A stretch of DNA of 64,000 bases from Minisyncoccota bacterium (GTDB lineage: Bacteria; Patescibacteriota; Minisyncoccia; Phycocordibacterales; CAIZLB01): positions 308,415 through 372,414 of the forward strand of contig JAIPIA010000001.1 in assembly GCA_021734945.1 (NCBI GenBank). Reading direction: 5' to 3'. Within the stretch, counting starts at the first letter, position 1; every line of letters begins with the position of its first letter. The notes beneath the pieces are model-generated. The model worked only from the letters and a program-made list of their open reading frames with translations. It searched no databases and was not told where the DNA came from. Positions 7,649-17,140 of this stretch are shown piece after piece. The position numbers were made by a program, and so were the translations under genes.

Positions 7649-9142
7649 TTAAGTCGTTAGATTGTTCCAAAATCGATTTGTAAAATTGAGCGCTTTAACT
7701 ACATGTTTTTCTGTAAAATTCTCATTCACACCGTGCATATTACAGTCATCATTACAGAGTGAAACCATCGCCATGGGCACCTTGAATATACTCTGAAAAT
7801 CAGCCACTACAGGTATAGATGCACCAATGGATTTGCATATAACTTCCCTTCCATATACGTCAGTAAGCAATGTTTTAACACTACTCAAAGCCTCGTGATC
7901 AGTATCAAGTCTAATAGCCTCACCGTGATCTTCAAATTCTACAGAAACATCTACGTGTGAAGGAGTATTTAGTCGCACAAAATTGGAAATAGATTTGATT
8001 ACCTCACTCGTTTTCTGTGGGTGCACAGTTCTAACATTGAGTCTTACTTCAGCTTTTCCTGGAATAATATTTTTAAATCCTTGCCCTACATATCCACCAG
8101 AAAATCCTGACACCTCGATCGTCGGATATAGCCCTATTTGCTCGTGAGCAGAAAGATTTTTCATAGTGGTAAGTGTTTTAACATCTGCGAGCTTTTGCAC
8201 ATTTTGAACATTAGAAATCTTCTGGTGTTGAGTTCTAGCTTCTTCAGACGGTTCAATCATTCCAGTATAAAATTCTCCAAAACTAATTGCATTTTCAGAT
8301 TTAATTTTAGATACAAGTGTCGCAAGTTCAAGCACTGCGTTTGGAATAGCACCACCATATAGACCTGAGTGTCTGTCGTTGCTAGATGTTGTATATGTCA
8401 CCTTCATATTTCCTCCACCTCTGTATGACATATCGAGAGTTGGATGTTCACCTACTATTTCACCATCGGATATGATAATAAAATCAGGTGCAAGTTCTTT
8501 TTTATTTTCCTTAAGAAGTTTAGCCAAATCCTCATTTCCAGACTCTTCATTTCCTTCAATAACAAAAGTTACGTTCGTAGTAAGTGCCCCGTTTTTAATA
8601 GCATTAAACACACCAACCATATGAGCTAGTATCTGCCCCTTATTATCAACCACACCTCTCGCTACAAGTCTGTCGCCTTTCTTTGTGAGTACAAATGGGT
8701 CAGTACTCCATCCATCAGATTTCTGCGCAGGTTGAACATCGTAGTGGCCGTAGACAAGAATATTTTTTGGTGACGCTGAAGTTTTTGCGGATGCGGCAGT
8801 TTTTGTGGAATTTACACTCGCATTTTTTTCAGCATTATTCTTTGTACTTTTAAGAGCGTTTTTAAGAGCATACTGGGCGACAACGACAGGATTAGTACTT
8901 TTACCTTTGAGAAGTTTCACTTTGAAACCATTTTCTTTAAAAATTTGAGTCAACCAATTCACAGCCTTTTTCATTTCATCTTTGTAAGTAAGGTCTGTTG
9001 AAACAGTCTTAAAAGCCACAAATTCTTTTAAAAGATTCATGTATTCTTTTTGTAAATTCTGTACCGCCAAAATTTGAGACTTACCCTGCGCAGTTTTTTG
9101 ATTTGAATCTCCCCCTTTTGATATGTTTGCTATTTTTTTCAT
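7649..9142 (-). CDS. M20-family metallopeptidase (dipeptidase/ArgE/DapE-like)
   Basis: Motifs YGHYDVQP, GWSTDPF and RGVVDNKG; size ~500 aa. It carries an N/S/T/K-rich low-complexity insert. Confidence 0.7.
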   Translation of the reverse strand: MKKIANISKGGDSNQKTAQGKSQILAVQNLQKEYMNLLKEFVAFKTVSTDLTYKDEMKKAVNWLTQIFKENGFKVKLLKGKSTNPVVVAQYALKNALKSTKNNAEKNASVNSTKTAASAKTSASPKNILVYGHYDVQPAQKSDGWSTDPFVLTKKGDRLVARGVVDNKGQILAHMVGVFNAIKNGALTTNVTFVIEGNEESGNEDLAKLLKENKKELAPDFIIISDGEIVGEHPTLDMSYRGGGNMKVTYTTSSNDRHSGLYGGAIPNAVLELATLVSKIKSENAISFGEFYTGMIEPSEEARTQHQKISNVQNVQKLADVKTLTTMKNLSAHEQIGLYPTIEVSGFSGGYVGQGFKNIIPGKAEVRLNVRTVHPQKTSEVIKSISNFVRLNTPSHVDVSVEFEDHGEAIRLDTDHEALSSVKTLLTDVYGREVICKSIGASIPVVADFQSIFKVPMAMVSLCNDDCNMHGVNENFTEKHVVKALNFTNRFWNNLTT

Positions 9143-9324
9143 TGTAATAAATTATAACTTACTTTTAGTAACCCTAACGTTTGATTGATTAAGTGCGAAT
9201 CAAGACGTTGTATTAAAAGGCTTATGAGAGGATTGAACTCTGCGATAAACCACCTGCGTGTGCAACAGTTTGTCTGAACAAACATTACATGTGCAGGATT
9301 TTTTCCTTCGACTCATGACGCACC

Positions 9325-9525
9325 TTACAGCGTGCAATGACCACCGCAACCTGGACCAGGTATTGGTAGCATATTTTTACGCTTCAGGTTTACTCTCATC
9401 GCTTCTTCTTTTGCCATTTGGTGCTTCGCCTCAGTACTTGAAATACTTTTTGGCTGTGCGACCATATGTGGTGAAATCGAACCGATGCTTCCATTCTGAC
9501 CTAACGATGCACTTGCGTTTTTCAT
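9325..9525 (-). CDS. Small hypothetical ORF (66 aa, ends CGGHC); higher local GC
   Basis: ORF only; no recognisable family. Confidence 0.2.
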   Translation of the reverse strand: MKNASASLGQNGSIGSISPHMVAQPKSISSTEAKHQMAKEEAMRVNLKRKNMLPIPGPGCGGHCTL

Positions 9526-9864
9526 AGTGTGTTTGGATAGTTTATTGTGAATGATACGAACCGAAAAAAGAACAAAGCCAGCTCATCGAGAGCTGGCTTG
9601 TATTATTCACTAGCATTTGCACCAGTATGAGTGCGAAGCTATTTTGTGAATTGGGTATTGAGTGAATCAACACAAGTCAGATCTCGAGAATATGAAAAAG
9701 GAAGCAGGTGCCAAAACCGCTTTGAAATATTCTTATGTCGATAACTTGTGCTGAAAAATTTCTGCATGAGTGCAATACTATGCTAGGTTAAAAATTCTGT
9801 CAAATATGGGTGTGTATAAGAAAAGAAAAACACCCACCTTTCGATGGATGTTTTTCTTTAAGAA

Positions 9865-10020
9865 TTACTTCTTGATTTCTTTGAAGATTTCTCTCTTTCG
9901 AGTCTTCTTACTAAACTTTTTGAATTCGAGTTTTCGCTCTACACCTTTCTTGTTTTTTGTAGTGTAAATAACCTCTCCTGTCTTCTTATTTGCTAGTTTT
10001 ATTAGTCGATCTTGTGCCAT
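9865..10020 (-). CDS. rpmG: 50S ribosomal protein L33
   Basis: Manual translation gives MAQDRLIKLANKKTGEVIYTTKNKKGVERKLEFKKFSKKTRKREIFKEIKK (51 aa), a clear L33 pattern. It is below the 60-aa cut-off of the ORF track. Confidence 0.8.
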   Translation of the reverse strand: MAQDRLIKLANKKTGEVIYTTKNKKGVERKLEFKKFSKKTRKREIFKEIKK

Positions 10021-10115
10021 TTGTTTTAAATATTATTTATTTAAGATTAGCATAAATTCCCAATAAATCAAGGACTCTTTAAAGCCTTGTCCCTGGAATA
10101 TATCTCTAGCAATCT

Positions 10116-10202
10116 TGGTGCGCAGGGAAGGATTTGAACCTTCGAAGCCCATTGGGCGACAGATTTACAGTCTGTTGCGATTGACCACTCCGCCACCTGC
10201 GC
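10116..10202 (-). tRNA. tRNA-Tyr (GTA) with long variable arm, CCA encoded
   Basis: Anticodon arm CAGA-CTGTAAA-TCTG, T-arm GAAGG-TTCAAAT-CCTTC, acceptor GCGCAGG. Confidence 0.8.
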
Positions 10203-10268
10203 ATGAGTGCCATAGTAGCATTTTATTTGAGTGGTTTCAACCCTAAACTTTTATATACATGTACCAAG

Positions 10269-10340
10269 TATCCTTTGTATATCCCTTATGTATCCCTTAT
10301 GTATCCGTTGTGTATCCTTTAGATACTTGATACATGTAGA
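10269..10340. repeat. Five tandem 11-bp units (TATCCNTTNTG; TATCC at 10269/10280/10291/10302/10313) ending in GATACTTGATACATGTA
   Basis: Exact 11-bp phasing read from the sequence. The same terminal 18-mer recurs at 24045-24062. Confidence 0.7.
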
Positions 10341-10384
10341 CCATTATTTCATGAGAGTCACTCACAAAAACTACTACAATATGC

Positions 10385-13126
10385 CTACACACCCGTAGCA
10401 ACCAAACTCTCTCGCACCAAACTGCTTTTCTCTGCTTTTTTCCCCTTCTTCACATCAAGTGTAAATTCACCACTTGCAACACCAAGTGAATTCTTCTCCC
10501 CTTTCTTTGGATCGAAATCAACTTTTACTGTTCCACCACGAACAACATCTTGTTCGATGATAAGAGATGCAACGGAGTTGAGAATCTTGTTTTGAATAAG
10601 TCGCTTGAGCGGACGAGCACCATACTGTGGGTTGTACCCTTCTTTAGCCAAATATTCGACTACAGCAGGAGTAAACTCAAGTTTGATGTCTTTGTCAGTA
10701 AGTCGCTCTTTAACCTTTTGGAGCTCAATAGACACAATGTTTTTAATTGCATCAGGACTTAGAATATCGAAGAGAATAATTTCATCGAGACGGTTCAAAA
10801 ACTCTGGTCGGAAATGTTCTTTGAGTGCTTCATTAACTTTTTCTTTTGTATCTTGATAATTCTCAGCGTCGTTCTTGCTCGCTGTAAATCCAATCTTTTG
10901 CATCTTATCGATATACTGAGCACCAATGTTTGATGTCATGATAATGATTGTATTTTTGAAGTTAATCAGACGGCCTTTTGAATCTGTAAGTCGCCCATTA
11001 TCAAGAACCTGAAGTAATACGTTGAAAATTTCAGGGTGAGCTTTTTCTATTTCATCAAAAAGAATAACTGAATACGGTCGATGCTTAACAATTTCAGTAA
11101 GAGAACCAGCATCTTCGTGTCCAACATATCCTGGTGGCGCGCCAATGATTTTTGATACCGCGTGCTTCTCCATGTATTCAGACATATCTACTCGGATGAG
11201 AGATTTTTCATCATCAAACATAAACTTTGCAAGAGCTTTTGTGAGCTCTGTCTTTCCTACTCCAGTTGGACCAAGGAAAATAAATGAACCAATAGGTCTC
11301 TGTGGATCGTTGATACCAGCACGTGAACGCTTGATAGTTTCAGCAATTTTCTTTACTGCCTCATCTTGTCCAACAACCTGTTTCTTGAGTTCCTCTTCCA
11401 TACGAGTAAGTTTCTTTGCTTCTTCTTCCATCATTCGAGCAACAGGAATACCAGTCCACTTTGCGACTACAGCAGCAATATCACTTTCTGTTATTTCTTC
11501 TTTAAGAATTTTTCGGAAAACTTGAAGTTTCTTGAGTCGTTTTGATTTTGCTTCGAGGTCTTTTTCGAGCATTGGAAGTCGCCCATATCTAATCTCTGCA
11601 ATTTTAGAAAGTTCTGATTTTTGCTCAGCGCGCTCTGCTTCTTGTCTTGCGGTTTCTATTTGCTTCTTGATGTTTTTTATATCAGAAATAGTCTCTTTTT
11701 CATTTATCCATTTTGCTTCAATCTCAGATGTTTGTGATCTGTAATCAGCAATTTCTTTTTCAATTTGTTTGAGTCTATCTTTTGTCTTTGTACTTGTATT
11801 TGAACTACCATCAATTTCTTTTGAGAGAGCTTCCTTTTCAATCTCTAATCGCATAATCTTTCGATGTGCGTCTTCAAGTTCTGCTGGCTTATTTTCAAGT
11901 GAAATCTTGAGAGCTGAAGCAGCTTCATCTATGAGGTCAACAGCTTTGTCAGGTAAAAATCTATCACTAATATATCTTGAAGAAAGATTTACAGCTGCGA
12001 TAATAGAGTCGTCAGTAATACGCACTCCGTGATAGAGCTCATATTTTTCTTTGAGTCCACGCATGATAGAGATAGCATCTTCAATAGATGGTTCTTGTAC
12101 ATATATAGGCTGAAAACGTCTCTGCAATGCTGGATCTTTTTCGATATGTTTCTGGTATTCCTTGAGAGTAGTCGCACCAATAGCTCGAAGTTCTCCTCGC
12201 GCAAGTGCGGGTTTGAGCATATTTGAAGCATCCATAGATCCTTCTGCTGCACCAGCACCTACAATAGTATGGATTTCATCAACAAAAAGAATGATTTTAC
12301 CTTCAGATTTTTCAATTTCTTTGAGAATATTTTTAAGTCGCTCTTCAAACTCACCACGGTATTTTGTACCTGCAATAAGAATGCCCAAATCTAGCGATAC
12401 AAGCTCTTTGTCTTTGAGAGATTCTGGAACATCTCCTGCTGCTATACGACTTGCTAGACCCTCTGCGATAGCTGTTTTTCCTACACCGGCTTCACCAATA
12501 AGAATAGGATTATTTTTTGTACGTCGTGAAAGAATTTGAATAACACGCATTACTTCTGGATCTCGCCCAATCATAGGATCGAGCTTATGCTCACGAGCCA
12601 TAGTCGTAAGGTTACGAGTATATTTTTGAATTGCTTTTTGTTTTTTATTTGAACCGGTATCTCCATGACCTGCTACTTTATTCTGTTTAAATTCTTGAAG
12701 GGCTTTTACAACTGCGTCACGTTCGATCTTGAATCGTGCGAGCATTTCTTTAGCAGGATTACTATTATCAAATATAGAAAGGAAAAGATGTTCTACAGAT
12801 ACAAACTCATCTTTCATAGAGGCTGCAACTTTTGCTGAGTTCTCAATAATCTGTGCCAACTCAGGAGTGAGGTATAGCTGATATGAAGGTGCAATAGTAG
12901 ATGCAGATTCACCACTCTCAATAGCTTCGAGAACATTGTCAGTCAAAAGGAGTGTGTCCACCTCAAGTCGCTCAAGCACAGAAAAAACAATACTGTCCTC
13001 TTGGACAAGCAAAGACGTAAGCAAGTGAATAGGACTCACATGGTTTTGTGCACGCTCTATAGCCAGCTCATGAGCCTTCTTAATCGCTTCTTTTGCTTTT
13101 GTTGTGAAGTGGTTGAATGGTGGCAT
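10385..13126 (-). CDS. clpB: ATP-dependent chaperone ClpB (two AAA+ modules plus middle coiled-coil)
   Basis: 913 aa. Has two Walker A sites ([15 protein letters not shown] and [10 protein letters not shown]), a Clp N-domain and a long coiled-coil M-domain. Confidence 0.9.
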   Translation of the reverse strand: MPPFNHFTTKAKEAIKKAHELAIERAQNHVSPIHLLTSLLVQEDSIVFSVLERLEVDTLLLTDNVLEAIESGESASTIAPSYQLYLTPELAQIIENSAKVAASMKDEFVSVEHLFLSIFDNSNPAKEMLARFKIERDAVVKALQEFKQNKVAGHGDTGSNKKQKAIQKYTRNLTTMAREHKLDPMIGRDPEVMRVIQILSRRTKNNPILIGEAGVGKTAIAEGLASRIAAGDVPESLKDKELVSLDLGILIAGTKYRGEFEERLKNILKEIEKSEGKIILFVDEIHTIVGAGAAEGSMDASNMLKPALARGELRAIGATTLKEYQKHIEKDPALQRRFQPIYVQEPSIEDAISIMRGLKEKYELYHGVRITDDSIIAAVNLSSRYISDRFLPDKAVDLIDEAASALKISLENKPAELEDAHRKIMRLEIEKEALSKEIDGSSNTSTKTKDRLKQIEKEIADYRSQTSEIEAKWINEKETISDIKNIKKQIETARQEAERAEQKSELSKIAEIRYGRLPMLEKDLEAKSKRLKKLQVFRKILKEEITESDIAAVVAKWTGIPVARMMEEEAKKLTRMEEELKKQVVGQDEAVKKIAETIKRSRAGINDPQRPIGSFIFLGPTGVGKTELTKALAKFMFDDEKSLIRVDMSEYMEKHAVSKIIGAPPGYVGHEDAGSLTEIVKHRPYSVILFDEIEKAHPEIFNVLLQVLDNGRLTDSKGRLINFKNTIIIMTSNIGAQYIDKMQKIGFTASKNDAENYQDTKEKVNEALKEHFRPEFLNRLDEIILFDILSPDAIKNIVSIELQKVKERLTDKDIKLEFTPAVVEYLAKEGYNPQYGARPLKRLIQNKILNSVASLIIEQDVVRGGTVKVDFDPKKGEKNSLGVASGEFTLDVKKGKKAEKSSLVRESLVATGV

Positions 13127-13178
13127 ATTGTTGGTTGATTATGTATCTTTTTTCTATAGCTGATTCCTATTCTAACTT

Positions 13179-13260
13179 GGAATACCTGAAATTTCTATGA
13201 AGAAAATCTAAAGTATTACCACATAGCGTCCAGAGTGACTGAAATGACCTCTGGAATGAC
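13179..13260. promoter_or_regulatory. Candidate operator upstream of clpB: repeated GGAAT(A/G)ACC(T/G)GAAAT motifs and the inverted repeat CCAGAG-N13-CTCTGG
   Basis: Motifs at 13179-13192, 13230-13242 and 13244-13257, all 50-130 bp upstream of the clpB start. Confidence 0.3.
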
Positions 13261-13419
13261 CGAAATACCTATCTAGATAGCCATTATAGCATACGAGTCA
13301 AGTATAAACATATCTGAGATATAAGGTGGAAAATCATAGTATTAATGTAGTTTATTTTAAAAAAGAAAAACTCACCGAGGAAGGGTAAGTTCCCCTTTGG
13401 TGAGTTGATTCATGTCAGC

Positions 13420-13899
13420 TTAAATGAGCTGTAACTGCTTTGCTTTCGGCTCTTCAAAGTCTGGTTCCCAACTGTAATTTCCAGTCCCTGGAATTACCCA
13501 GCTTGACCCCAATGGAATCCCGAGACTTCGAAGTGTACTACGCAAAGTCCTGACTCTCGCATATCCCATACCAGAATATTTCCTTACATGTTCTCCGCCA
13601 CTTTCGAGCACCTCACCAATTGTAGTCAAACCATAGCGCAAAAGCGCGCTGCGGATATTATTCCCATCCTCCATCTGAAGGGACTCGAGTGTTCTGATGC
13701 GGAGTTTGGCAAGTTCTGCTTTCTTCAGTTTACGTGGCGGTTTTGAACCTGGTTCAAACTGTTCACCGACAGCACCTACATGAATCGTAACTTTGAGAGA
13801 AACGGTAGCATCGGCCGCCACTATGTTTTGGGCCCGCAACCACACCAACACCATTGCGTTGAATGCCTTTGACTGTTCTTCGTCTAATTTTATTTTCAT
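13420..13899 (-). CDS. Hypothetical protein with a C-terminal RNA polymerase alpha-CTD-like helix-hairpin-helix region; GC-rich ORF
   Basis: IGEVLESGG..RKYSGMGYARVRTLRSTLRSLGIPLG resembles the alpha-CTD fold pattern. GC is clearly above the neighbours. Confidence 0.4.
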   Translation of the reverse strand: MKIKLDEEQSKAFNAMVLVWLRAQNIVAADATVSLKVTIHVGAVGEQFEPGSKPPRKLKKAELAKLRIRTLESLQMEDGNNIRSALLRYGLTTIGEVLESGGEHVRKYSGMGYARVRTLRSTLRSLGIPLGSSWVIPGTGNYSWEPDFEEPKAKQLQLI

Positions 13900-14103
13900 A
13901 GATCTCTTGTGTGTTCTGTGTTTTTTGACGTTTGATTTTTATTCTTACATTCTAATTTAAGTCTAAAAATTATATGAATTTTACCCGCACACTTTATAAC
14001 ACAAAAGATATTTCTTGTACATACTTTCCTCTTTTTTTAAGACCTAAGCGACTGCAATTGAATATATTCCAAATATTGGCAAATATGAAAAATATGAGCA
14101 ATT

Positions 14104-15546
14104 TTATTTTCCAATAACCTCAACAAGAGTCTTTAAAAGACTTCTAACATCCCCCATCGTTGTAAATCTTCCAAGTGTGATTCGCAGAGAACTTTTTCCA
14201 CAATTTTTAGAACTATTATTTGTGTCCTCGCCTCCATTATTACTTGCTTCATCATTTTTCTTTACACCAGTACTCAAAGCCTCAACAACATATGAAGTTG
14301 AATCTTCATTTTTAGATCGACAACTTGTTACCGAAGAAACACATACTCCACGAACATCAAGACGCAGTACCGCGTATTCTGCATCCATTCCCTCCACACA
14401 CATATTTAAATTATTTGGAACACGCAATGCATTTCCATAATGATCATTTTCATAAGTACCATTAAAAATTATTTTTGGAATTTTTTCAGCACTTTCGGCC
14501 TTTTTTATTTCATCAACCAAAAAATCTCGCATCTTACCCAGTCGAGCAGATTCTTTATCTTTTTCAGCAATCGCCAAATCCATGGCATACGCAAATCCTG
14601 AAATACCTGCAACATTCTCAGTTCCCGCTCGAAGATCATTTTCCTGACTACCCCCTATTTGTATAGACGAAATAGACTTTGATTGAATAACACTTCTCTT
14701 TATATATAGAGCACCAACACTTCTCGGACCATAAAACTTTGCACTATCAAGCGTCATCATATCCACGCCAAGTGTAGGAATACGAAGTGAACAAAAAAGT
14801 ACTGCCTGACATGCGTCTGTATGAACGAGCGGATAAATTGAAGAATACGTCATTGGTTTCTCGTTTTTTTCAACAACTAATTCTAGTTTTGCTTTTTTGT
14901 AATGCCGTACAATTTTAGAAATTTCAGAAATTGGCTGAATTGTTCCAATCTCATTATTCACATACATAATAGAAACCAAAATAGTTTCTGGACGAAGTGC
15001 TTTTTTCAATTCTTTTAAATCCACAATTCCATCCGAACCGACTGGAATAAAAGTAACATCACACTCACCTGATTCTTGATATTGGAGCAAAAGCTCTCGC
15101 ACAGCCGGATGCTCTATAACAGACGAGATAATATGAGGCCTTATTTGAGAACTTAGAGACCCAACACTCATCTTGTTTGTGTCATCTCCCTTTTCTACCT
15201 TATCTACCTTTTGTAAATTTGCTCTATAAGCTTTCAAAACACCTTGTATTGCAAGATTATTTGACTCTGTACCTCCTGATGTAAAGACTATCTCATCAGC
15301 ATGAGATTCAAGATGTTTAGCAACCTTAGCCCGAGCCTGTTCGAGCTGCTTAAAAGATTCAACTCCCTCTCTATATAGTGAGCTTGGGTTTGCCGGATAT
15401 TCTTTAGAAATTTTTGATACAAATTTTATAACCCGCTCATCTACTGGCGTCATTGAGGTGTAATCAAGATATATTCTCATTTGATTGTTTTTTAGACTCA
15501 AATTTTGACTTAATTTCTGGCCGAACTTAGAAAAGAAACTGTTCAT
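14104..15546 (-). CDS. Cysteine desulfurase (class V aminotransferase, IscS/NifS family) with insertions
   Basis: Blocks YLDYTSMTP, FTSGGTESNNLAI, HTDACQA and SAKFYGP (PLP lysine); 480 aa. Confidence 0.7.
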   Translation of the reverse strand: MNSFFSKFGQKLSQNLSLKNNQMRIYLDYTSMTPVDERVIKFVSKISKEYPANPSSLYREGVESFKQLEQARAKVAKHLESHADEIVFTSGGTESNNLAIQGVLKAYRANLQKVDKVEKGDDTNKMSVGSLSSQIRPHIISSVIEHPAVRELLLQYQESGECDVTFIPVGSDGIVDLKELKKALRPETILVSIMYVNNEIGTIQPISEISKIVRHYKKAKLELVVEKNEKPMTYSSIYPLVHTDACQAVLFCSLRIPTLGVDMMTLDSAKFYGPRSVGALYIKRSVIQSKSISSIQIGGSQENDLRAGTENVAGISGFAYAMDLAIAEKDKESARLGKMRDFLVDEIKKAESAEKIPKIIFNGTYENDHYGNALRVPNNLNMCVEGMDAEYAVLRLDVRGVCVSSVTSCRSKNEDSTSYVVEALSTGVKKNDEASNNGGEDTNNSSKNCGKSSLRITLGRFTTMGDVRSLLKTLVEVIGK

Positions 15547-15590
15547 AATTTAACTATACAAAAAAGTATTGACTCTGTATACTTTTACAC

Positions 15591-16100
15591 ATGAATTTAG
15601 CATCTGTTGTACAAATCCCTGGACTTGGTCAAACATCTCTCGAATTACTTATTATTATATTACTAGTCCTCATTTGCTTAATACTATTTGGTCTTGTTAT
15701 CCAAGCCCACCGCCGAATCACAAAAATGCTTCGTGGAAATAACACAATGACTATAGAGGAATCTATCATTGAGCTTGCAAAAGAACTTGATACTCTCACT
15801 GACTTCAAGGAAAAAGCTGAGGTATATCACAAGCTTGTAGAACAGCGTCTCCGAAAGTCTGTACAGTCTATTGAAACAAAACGATTCAATCCATTCAAAG
15901 GTTCAGGTGCTGGAGGAAACCAAAGTTTCGCATCTGCTTTTATAAATGAAAATGGTGATGGTCTTATTCTCTCAAGTCTCTACTCTAGTGATCGAATGAG
16001 TGTTTTTGCAAAGCCAGTACAAGGATTTGCTTCATCTTTTGAACTTACAGAGGAAGAAGCATCTGCACTTGAAGACGCACAGAAGAGGGTTATTCTTTAG
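15591..16100 (+). CDS. Membrane-anchored hypothetical protein (DUF4446-like)
   Basis: N-terminal TM helix, then a coiled region and a G-rich FNPFKGSGAGGNQSF block. Confidence 0.35.
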   Translation: MNLASVVQIPGLGQTSLELLIIILLVLICLILFGLVIQAHRRITKMLRGNNTMTIEESIIELAKELDTLTDFKEKAEVYHKLVEQRLRKSVQSIETKRFNPFKGSGAGGNQSFASAFINENGDGLILSSLYSSDRMSVFAKPVQGFASSFELTEEEASALEDAQKRVIL

Positions 16101-16259
16101 GTTTTGCAGTATCAATTTTATAGCAGATGGATTTTATAGGTAGTTTTTGTGTATCCCAAAATTTCAAAAAAGAAAAAACACCGACTTTCGACGGGTTTTC
16201 TCCGTTGAAGCGGTGCTTAGATTTGAGTTGATAGTCATAACAGTTAGTCACGACATTTA

Positions 16260-16784
16260 TCACTCTGCGGCAGGTGGATCTGGAACTTGGTCCTCGAGTT
16301 CACGAATACGTCCCGTGATAATGTCTAGGATGTGTGGCCAGCTCAACGCAGCCTCAGTATAGCTCGACAAAGAATAACTTTTAGCCCAGTCACACTGCTC
16401 TGCATCTCCATCCCATACAAAATGTGTGACACTGAATGCTCTTTTCCCAAAGCAAAAGAAGTATGAGTTTCCTATATTAAAGTCTGAGAACATACTTCCT
16501 GGAGGCGCAATGTTTATCATGACAACAAAAGCGATTTCTTCTGGTTTTGGCCAGTCGAGAATTTTATAGTCATCTTCCAACATTTTCTCTACTCGCAATT
16601 TTTCCGCAGCATTCCTGTAGAACTGACCAAAAGCATCATCTCTGGGACGGATAAGATAGACCCTTTCAGACAACCCATTAAAAAAGGCAATCCATCTCTC
16701 CATTTTTTTCAAGTCTACACTCGGAATGACAATCTGCACCGACGGTGGTTCCGGAACAAGCTCCTTATCATTTTTTTGTGACAT
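16260..16784 (-). CDS. Hypothetical protein; GC-rich ORF
   Basis: ORF only; composition is atypical. Confidence 0.4.
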   Translation of the reverse strand: MSQKNDKELVPEPPSVQIVIPSVDLKKMERWIAFFNGLSERVYLIRPRDDAFGQFYRNAAEKLRVEKMLEDDYKILDWPKPEEIAFVVMINIAPPGSMFSDFNIGNSYFFCFGKRAFSVTHFVWDGDAEQCDWAKSYSLSSYTEAALSWPHILDIITGRIRELEDQVPDPPAAE

Positions 16785-16943
16785 TTGTTTAGGTCTTTCA
16801 ATTTTTGGTTTTTGTGGTTTTTTATGAATTTAAGTCAAACAACGATTTGAGCATCATAGTATTCTTAAGTATAGAAATGTAAAGAAAACCACACTGTATG
16901 GACTCCATGCAACAGTTAACGTCACGGAGAAACTACCTAAAAC

Positions 16944-17043
16944 AAAAGACCCCCTTCGGGGCCTTTTTGCGCATTATTTTAATGAATTTGACTGTTATTT
17001 CTTTGCTGGTTTAGCTTTCTTGGCAACCTTAGCTTTCTTTACC
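16944..17043. repeat. Ghost copy of the rpmF 3' end plus terminator (direct repeat of 17907-17984)
   Basis: A 47-bp identical core, ATTTCTTTGCTGGTTTAGCTTTCTTGGCAACCTTAGCTTTCTTTAC, plus a shared hairpin AAGACCCCTTCGGGGCCTTTT. Confidence 0.7.
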
Positions 17044-17140
17044 TTTTATAGTTTCCACCTTTAAATACATAATCAGCATAAATATTTTAATACAGGTAGC
17101 AATCTTAAGCCCCTGGCAGTATTGCGTCTGCTACCAAATA

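Noticed and set aside
9770-9967. 65-aa plus-strand ORF 9770-9967
   Set aside because: It is antisense to the well-supported rpmG (L33) gene and its sequence is low-complexity.
10269-10340. Interpreting the TGTATCC arrays as DnaA boxes
   Set aside because: The units (TGTATCCNTT / GTGTATCAAG) do not fit the DnaA consensus TTATCCACA in either orientation, and no dnaA or dnaN is nearby. They are kept only as an origin-like possibility pending GC-skew analysis.
11145-12539. Antisense ORFs inside clpB (11145-11525, 11532-11744, 11769-12032, 12162-12539); similar antisense ORFs inside dnaE, infB, gyrA, the CaCA gene and thrS
   Set aside because: They lie entirely within strongly supported genes on the opposite strand. 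This is typical shadow-ORF behaviour in AT-biased sequence.
13179-13260. CIRCE (HrcA) or HAIR (HspR) element upstream of clpB
   Set aside because: No TTAGCACTC-N9-GAGTGCTAA or CTTGAGT-N7-ACTCAAG match was found. Only a novel repeat is present, reported as a low-confidence operator.
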